DNA of 64,000 nucleotides from an uncultured Clostridia bacterium (GTDB lineage Bacteria; Bacillota; Clostridia; Saccharofermentanales; Saccharofermentanaceae). The notes under the pieces were generated by a model, which saw only the letters and a list, made by a program, of their open reading frames with translations, did not search any database and was not told the DNA's origin. The translations under genes and the position numbers were made by a program. The DNA is taken from the NCBI GenBank assembly GCA_946407705.1, contig CAMJPC010000006.1, forward strand, positions 43,753 to 107,752. Reading direction: 5' to 3'. Position 1 is the first letter of the stretch; every line of letters starts with the position of its first letter. Below are positions 58,729-64,000 of this stretch, piece by piece.

Positions 58729-59159
58729 TTTGAGGCCTCCGTGATACCCAAAGCGCGGTTTATCTCTTCATTGATGCTTTCTATTTCTTCAGGGCTGCGG
58801 CTGTGATCTACTATCAAGGGCTCAGTATGAGTATGATGGTTGTAACTATACATCGACACCCCCAAAAAGACCGGTAATTCAAGAACAGATACGATGAGAC
58901 AGAAAAGACAGCCTTTGAAGTTTCTTTGAAGATATCTTGCTTCAGTTAATCCCAAGCCTGAAAAGAAAGCTGCTGCCATCGGACCGGTAAACATCAGTAA
59001 CATAAGCAGTTTATCCATCGGTTCAATAATAGATCTAAGGACGCTGGGCAAATATTCGCCGGCAAAATACAGACCGTAAATAGCGAGCGGGATAAGCGTC
59101 GCGATCAGTGCCGGTAGGAAAAACGGATTCTTTTCTCTTGGATTATTCATATCATTCAT
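58725..59159 (-). CDS. Small three-TM hypothetical protein (cassette type A, copy 2; DUF4190-like)
   Basis: Paralog of 59827-60240 (NPFFLP.LI...P; C-terminal E.ESI.E..N..L). Confidence 0.75.
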   Translation of the reverse strand: MNDMNNPREKNPFFLPALIATLIPLAIYGLYFAGEYLPSVLRSIIEPMDKLLMLLMFTGPMAAAFFSGLGLTEARYLQRNFKGCLFCLIVSVLELPVFLGVSMYSYNHHTHTEPLIVDHSRSPEEIESINEEINRALGITEASK

Positions 59160-59200
59160 GTTCTCACCCGCTGCCTGAGCCCTTCAGATTAAAGACAGAT

Positions 59201-59830
59201 TTAGCTGATAAAACCAAATAAGATGACAAAAAAACCGATTATATCCACGACGTATAAGAATGAGTGCCATTTCAACATCGAAAACGCATATGTAAGGAAT
59301 AAACCTATCACAAGCAAGCACACACCTTTGATGATCACAGGCTCAAACTCTTCTTTGAAAGCGCTCTCATGCATTGCTTTGGTCTTTTCTTCTGCCGCAT
59401 TATATATTGCTTCAAGCTGCTCTTGCTCGGCAAAGCAGTCAAAGGCTGCATCAAACATAACGACTCCCATATCACTTGCGTTCATTAACTTATCCGCAGT
59501 GTTCAGTCTTTCGAATCTCTCGAAAACCTCTTTGTTTTCTGAATAAAAGAAATAAACACCGCGGTTATGGATTCCGTAGGGTTTGACGACCGTTCCGGAA
59601 GAAAAGTGTACCGTATCGCGGCCATATTCTTTTAAGTCCATATCTTTAATGAAAGTGATATGCATCCCTTCAGGAATCTCAGGAAACTGTATGGGGCCGT
59701 GACTTGCAGAACTGGCAGCAGCACTATGTCCGCAAAGAAAAAATACCGCTACATCGATGATGAACAGAATAAAAGCTAATATCGTCTTGCCGGATGTTCC
59801 GTTTTCGCTATAGCCGGCAGTCATATTCAA
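59201..59830 (-). CDS. Three-TM hypothetical protein (cassette type B, copy 1)
   Basis: Paralog of 58087-58728; start overlaps the upstream stop. Confidence 0.8.
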   Translation of the reverse strand: MNMTAGYSENGTSGKTILAFILFIIDVAVFFLCGHSAAASSASHGPIQFPEIPEGMHITFIKDMDLKEYGRDTVHFSSGTVVKPYGIHNRGVYFFYSENKEVFERFERLNTADKLMNASDMGVVMFDAAFDCFAEQEQLEAIYNAAEEKTKAMHESAFKEEFEPVIIKGVCLLVIGLFLTYAFSMLKWHSFLYVVDIIGFFVILFGFIS

Positions 59831-60240
59831 GTTTCCCCTTCCGGTTTGTCTTTCAAGGTGTGGTTTACTATTTCTTTAATGCTTTCTCTCTCAGCAATCT
59901 GTTCCGAGCTGAGAGTGTGAGGCGCTATCGAGCCACAATGATCATGACTGCCTGTCGGTCTTGAAAAATAGACCGACAAACTTACAACCAACAATACGTC
60001 AATAAGAGATAAGACGAGACAGAAAGAACATCCTGTGCCCGGCGCATCCGTTTTTCTTGCAATGACTAATCCCACGATCGAGAAAACAAGTGCTGCCAAC
60101 GAAGTGATCACTATCAAAGGGTACACTTCAAAAAATCCAACGAATCCTCCGTACAGAAAACCGACCGGTAAAAAAGCCGCCAGGATCAAAGATGGTAAGA
60201 AAAACGGATTTATCTCTTTTTCATAATCCATTAGTTCCAC
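59827..60240 (-). CDS. Small three-TM hypothetical protein (cassette type A, copy 1; DUF4190-like)
   Basis: AGGAGGTGG RBS; paralog of 58725-59159. Confidence 0.75.
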   Translation of the reverse strand: MELMDYEKEINPFFLPSLILAAFLPVGFLYGGFVGFFEVYPLIVITSLAALVFSIVGLVIARKTDAPGTGCSFCLVLSLIDVLLVVSLSVYFSRPTGSHDHCGSIAPHTLSSEQIAERESIKEIVNHTLKDKPEGET

Positions 60241-60249
60241 CTCCTTATC

Positions 60250-61389
60250 TCACGCCACCGGTTCCAGGCAAAACTTGCCTTTCTTATATTCTTCTCCGCC
60301 CCACTCTACTACCGTTAATCCTTTTCGCACGGCCGGATTTATGCATCCAAGCTCCTGCGGTCTGATATTTACCTTCTCTTTTGAAGGATACCAAAGCATG
60401 TTGACTCTGATAACGGTATCAGGTTCAGGCGATACCTTCATTGATGCGGCATTCTCATATGCCGTGGTCTGGAATGTTATGACGTTATACTTATTGCCTT
60501 CCAATTGAGGGAGCCAGTATCCGATAAAGTCAGCGGACTCGATATCAGACAGGCCGAGCTGCTTTAATGCCGTCTCCAAAAAAGTTTTTGTGTCTTCCCC
60601 CTTAACACAGAAGCCACGGCTCAGATCGGGCTTTATCACCAGATCGGCTTCCCAATAAAGGAAGGGATATTTGTTGCCGTTTTTGTCTGTAAGAGTGCCG
60701 TCAGGTGAAGCCGTAACGGTCCAGCCGTTCTTCCGGTTAAACAAAGGATAAGTCTTGGTCAATCTGCCGTTCAGAGCCAGACTGACACTGACTTCTGTCT
60801 CCGTTTTCGGATAAAGGTAAATAACAGGAGCCCTCGCTTTTGAAATATAAGTAGCAAAAAAAGAACCAATGCCCCAGAATAACAAAAGCGTGACCACAAA
60901 AGTTACGATGTTGCCCACCATGCCGAATTCACTGTCAATCAACCAATAAACGAACAAGCCGATCAGGAAACATATTCCTCCTGCTATGGCGCTTTTTATA
61001 AAGCCCTTCCTTACATCCTGAAGTCTCATTTGCTTCACAGCCTCATGCAATTCCAAGCTGTTGGCGGCATCGTTAATGTAGTATTTGTGGCTAATAAAAA
61101 TCCCCGTATCAGGATCAGTAAAAGATACTTCGCCTCTGGACATGATCATATTCACTTGAAACCTCTTGCCTGCGGGAAATGTTGTATCCTCGTCTGAGAT
61201 TTCATGGTCAAACCAGATCTCCCCATTGTATCTATATAGCCAGTCGCTGTCACAACTTGCGGACTGACTGCTGACATAAAGAACCGTAATACAGATGACA
61301 AGCGCATCTAATATGGCAAACAGCATAATGGTGGTTCTGGAAAGCTTTGTTGCCTTGTTCATGCCAATCGTACCATCCTCTCCGGTCAT
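60250..61389 (-). CDS. Membrane protein with B-like N-terminal module and C-terminal PVIYLYP...EWGG domain
   Basis: APVIYLYPKTETEVSV, W.VTASPDG, YPFLYWE, FIGYWLP and VVEWGG. Start uncertain; may be the MNKATK ATG. Confidence 0.8.
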   Translation of the reverse strand: MTGEDGTIGMNKATKLSRTTIMLFAILDALVICITVLYVSSQSASCDSDWLYRYNGEIWFDHEISDEDTTFPAGKRFQVNMIMSRGEVSFTDPDTGIFISHKYYINDAANSLELHEAVKQMRLQDVRKGFIKSAIAGGICFLIGLFVYWLIDSEFGMVGNIVTFVVTLLLFWGIGSFFATYISKARAPVIYLYPKTETEVSVSLALNGRLTKTYPLFNRKNGWTVTASPDGTLTDKNGNKYPFLYWEADLVIKPDLSRGFCVKGEDTKTFLETALKQLGLSDIESADFIGYWLPQLEGNKYNVITFQTTAYENAASMKVSPEPDTVIRVNMLWYPSKEKVNIRPQELGCINPAVRKGLTVVEWGGEEYKKGKFCLEPVA

Positions 61390-61419
61390 GGTATCCGCGA
61401 ATCCCCGCCGAAAACACTT

Positions 61420-62313
61420 TCAGGATACGGAAACGGTCCTTTTACGTGTTCCGATAGCGATCACGATCCCGTAGAAAACGCAGAGCGCTTCGTTGAGCGG
61501 CATCGCGAAAAGCATCATCTCAGGTATTACGAACGCTTCCTTGTACGCTCCGCCGAATATCAGGTACGCGATCATGTTGACTGCCAGAAGGACCGCGGCC
61601 GTCAGCACATACATGAACAGGCTGACCATCCTGCCGGAGATAAGGAATCTGTATACGTAGTATGCGAGAAGGAATGAAAGTCCCGCGCAGATCATGGAGC
61701 AGAGGGCAAACATAATCCCGTATCCTGAGTTTAAGGGCTTGGTGACCGGTTCTGCCGCGATGCGGCTCTCAAAGCCGAGAAGTACGAGGATGAGGTTTGC
61801 AAGGCCCCTGTAGATAAAGAAAACGACTCCCAGGACTCCTGTTTTCGATATCGGGAGTTCATTGTGGATCGTCTTGATCATGGAGGAGATCAAGGTGATG
61901 GAGATGAACGCGCTGACAAAGATGTCTATTATCGAAAGGAACGGGAAATACCAGTGATCTATGGTAAACAGTTCTTCAACAAAGCAGTCCCTGAGCCACC
62001 AGCAGGATAAGAACCATGAGCCGAGGCTTATAGCGACACAAAGAGCTATCACCATAGTCTCGATCTTGCCGGCAAGCCTTCCGTATGATTTGGCCCTCTG
62101 CTCGATCTTCATCGATTCATCGTCAGCCATCAGGGTGTCTACTGTCGTATCCAGAACGTCAGCCAGGTTCTTGGCAGTGACGAGATCGGGGTAGCGTGAA
62201 CCGCCCTCCCATCTTGATACAGTCTGTCTTGTTACGAAAAGAAGGTCAGCCAGATTCTGCTGGGTCATCCCCTTCGCTTCTCTCAGCTCTTTTATCTTTT
62301 CACCGAAATCCAT
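61420..62313 (-). CDS. XRE-family HTH regulator fused to a multi-TM domain
   Basis: FGEKIKELR...TQQNLA...VTRQTVSRWE.G.RYPD followed by about 6 TM helices; GGAGGGTGA RBS. Confidence 0.88.
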   Translation of the reverse strand: MDFGEKIKELREAKGMTQQNLADLLFVTRQTVSRWEGGSRYPDLVTAKNLADVLDTTVDTLMADDESMKIEQRAKSYGRLAGKIETMVIALCVAISLGSWFLSCWWLRDCFVEELFTIDHWYFPFLSIIDIFVSAFISITLISSMIKTIHNELPISKTGVLGVVFFIYRGLANLILVLLGFESRIAAEPVTKPLNSGYGIMFALCSMICAGLSFLLAYYVYRFLISGRMVSLFMYVLTAAVLLAVNMIAYLIFGGAYKEAFVIPEMMLFAMPLNEALCVFYGIVIAIGTRKRTVSVS

Positions 62314-62469
62314 TACCGTCACCCTCCGCGTCTGCTTGATGCCTTCAGTGTGTCATTGTCCGCACAAAATTGAAAGCACCACACCGGTTTTTGTGCGCAC
62401 CGTTTTGGTAACACCTTTATTTTCAAGGGTTTCCGGCACATTCCTTTTGAATCCCATATGATCTCCCGC

Positions 62470-62853
62470 TTAATAACAATTAAGAATGAACAAACCAAGT
62501 TTGAATGTCTTATTTAAGAATTCAGAGCCGAACACAGCGCCAATGCTACCCAAAAATGCCATCAGTCCCGATAAAACAATGGAGATCAAGATAACCCACC
62601 AGCGCCACTCCTTAACGGTCTTATATCCTATGACAAGATAAACGACAGTCAGGATAAGATACAGAACCATTCCCCCCAAAATGATCATGCCTTCCAGAGT
62701 CTCATCACTGTTGTGGTAAAAATCAAAACTGGCATTCTTCAACACTAAATACCACACAACCACAGATACGATAAATGACCAAAGGATCTGGATAAAAAAA
62801 TAAACTGATTTTTTCATTATCTTCCCCTGCCTGTTTTTCTTAAGCCCTTTCAT
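62470..62853 (-). CDS. Small multi-TM hypothetical protein
   Basis: Three or four hydrophobic helices; likely start MKKSVYFF. Confidence 0.6.
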   Translation of the reverse strand: MKGLKKNRQGKIMKKSVYFFIQILWSFIVSVVVWYLVLKNASFDFYHNSDETLEGMIILGGMVLYLILTVVYLVIGYKTVKEWRWWVILISIVLSGLMAFLGSIGAVFGSEFLNKTFKLGLFILNCY

Positions 62854-62885
62854 TATACCAAGTATTGCCGTATGTCAAAAATAAA

Positions 62886-62918
62886 TGAGACTGCCTCAAG
62901 ATAACCGAGACAGTCTCA
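62886..62918 (-). terminator. Terminator after the lipoprotein gene
   Basis: TGAGACTG/CAGTCTCA stem followed by a T-rich run on the minus strand. Confidence 0.6.
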
Positions 62919-62945
62919 AATCTTCCGTCAGCCGGAAAACAATTC

Positions 62946-63734
62946 TTATCCGAATATTTCATGCTCCATAGTCGTCATGTTAAAACATCTCATGCTGTCC
63001 GAACCGCTAAACTGCGAATCTGCCGAATAGCAGATGGGACATAAAACACCGGGTGTTCCGTCAGGCATAACGAACGGCGTGATCTTATCGTATTTTACCG
63101 ATGCGAGTGTCTTATCAAGATCATAACTTGAAGGATTTTTCTCACAGTATTTTTTCAGGATTTCGGTTGTCTTTGCGAAAAAAGCTTCGTCGGTCATGCC
63201 AAGACGCTTAGTGACCTCACTGTCTTCAAGGGTCTTCAGTGTATCGAGATCGTAGTTAAACACATCACGGGTAAAATAATCAGTAAATGTCTCACTTGCA
63301 CAGATTATGATGGACAGAGTGTTGTCTTTAACGCCCCAGAAGATTTTGGTAGACATGCCGTTAGCATGATCTTCATTCACTTCAAGCTTGTAGTTCTCCT
63401 TGATGTATTTGCTGAGTGATTCATTGATCTCAGTTGCTTCCTTACCGTCTACGGTGATCTTCGGAACAACCATTGTATACTCGCTCTCGCCTTCAAGAGA
63501 TTTCACCAAAGTGATCAGCTCAACTTTGACCTTGTGGGAACCGGTAGCGGCCTCACTTGATTTGACATCACCGGTTGTTGCCTCTGAAGGCGCTGTTGTA
63601 TCCGTCGTTGCTTCTGTCGTCACTTCCGTTGTTGTTGCCTGATTCTCAGTTGCAGGTGTCTTTTTGCTGCTGACACAGCCCGTAGCCATGAGCGACAGGC
63701 AAAGTGCCGTTGATATTAAAGCTGTTTTCTTCAT
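62946..63734 (-). CDS. Hypothetical lipoprotein with Thr-rich linker (possibly RsiV/DUF3298-like fold)
   Basis: Lipobox ATGC, TTEA-rich linker, LSIII...FNYDLDT.KTL segment; AGGAG RBS. Confidence 0.7.
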   Translation of the reverse strand: MKKTALISTALCLSLMATGCVSSKKTPATENQATTTEVTTEATTDTTAPSEATTGDVKSSEAATGSHKVKVELITLVKSLEGESEYTMVVPKITVDGKEATEINESLSKYIKENYKLEVNEDHANGMSTKIFWGVKDNTLSIIICASETFTDYFTRDVFNYDLDTLKTLEDSEVTKRLGMTDEAFFAKTTEILKKYCEKNPSSYDLDKTLASVKYDKITPFVMPDGTPGVLCPICYSADSQFSGSDSMRCFNMTTMEHEIFG

Positions 63735-63855
63735 TTTATGTCACTCCTAAAGATTTGTTTTATTCAGGTTTACAGGCTTCATATTATATCAGTGGCCGAA
63801 AAGGCAATATCCGTAATTCTGCAGTATTTTTCCGGTAAATACTCTTATGCCTTTG

Positions 63856-63999
63856 TTATTTGCGTATGTATTGCCACCCGCAGTAGCGGTCTATGATCTC
63901 AGATAAAGTACATGTCTCATCAAGCGGGTTATATAGAAGAATGTACGCTATATCGTGGGTAACATCATTTTGCATGACTATCAGATAGCTTTTACGGGT
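63856..63999 (-). CDS. C-terminal fragment of a hypothetical protein entering from beyond the window
   Basis: Open frame TRKSYLIVMQND...CGWQYIRK-stop to the window edge. Confidence 0.4.
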   Translation of the reverse strand, partial: TRKSYLIVMQNDVTHDIAYILLYNPLDETCTLSEIIDRYCGWQYIRK

Positions 64000-64000
64000 C

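Overview
A mostly chromosomal 64-kb window from an anaerobic Clostridia-type bacterium. Gene order and content suggest a rumen Saccharofermentans/Oscillospirales-like organism (inference only). Core blocks are sbcD-sbcC, glnA, rny, the efp-asp23-amaP-DUF2273-nusB-xseAB-ispA-dxs-nadK-argR-recN cluster, gdhA, lexA and miaB-mutS-mutL-miaA, plus tRNA-Ala(CGC) and tRNA-Val(CAC). No rRNA, CRISPR array, integrase, transposase or phage structural gene was recognised. The main candidates are: (1) a BlaI/BlaR-type module whose sensor is an alpha/beta-hydrolase lacking its catalytic triad, with two matching palindromic operators and a GH3 lipoprotein gene directly downstream; (2) a leader-peptide attenuator with mutually exclusive helices in front of an MFS transporter; (3) a membrane PP2C pseudophosphatase with an extracellular SH3b domain; (4) an ArpU/RinA-like gene sharing an SOS-box-bearing divergent promoter with lexA, plus a second ArpU-like gene behind a long structured leader; (5) a tandem array of paralogous membrane-protein cassettes behind a 'PVIYLYP...EWGG' domain gene; and (6) absence of sporulation genes from their usual syntenic positions. 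All functional calls come from motif recognition by eye; no database searches were run.
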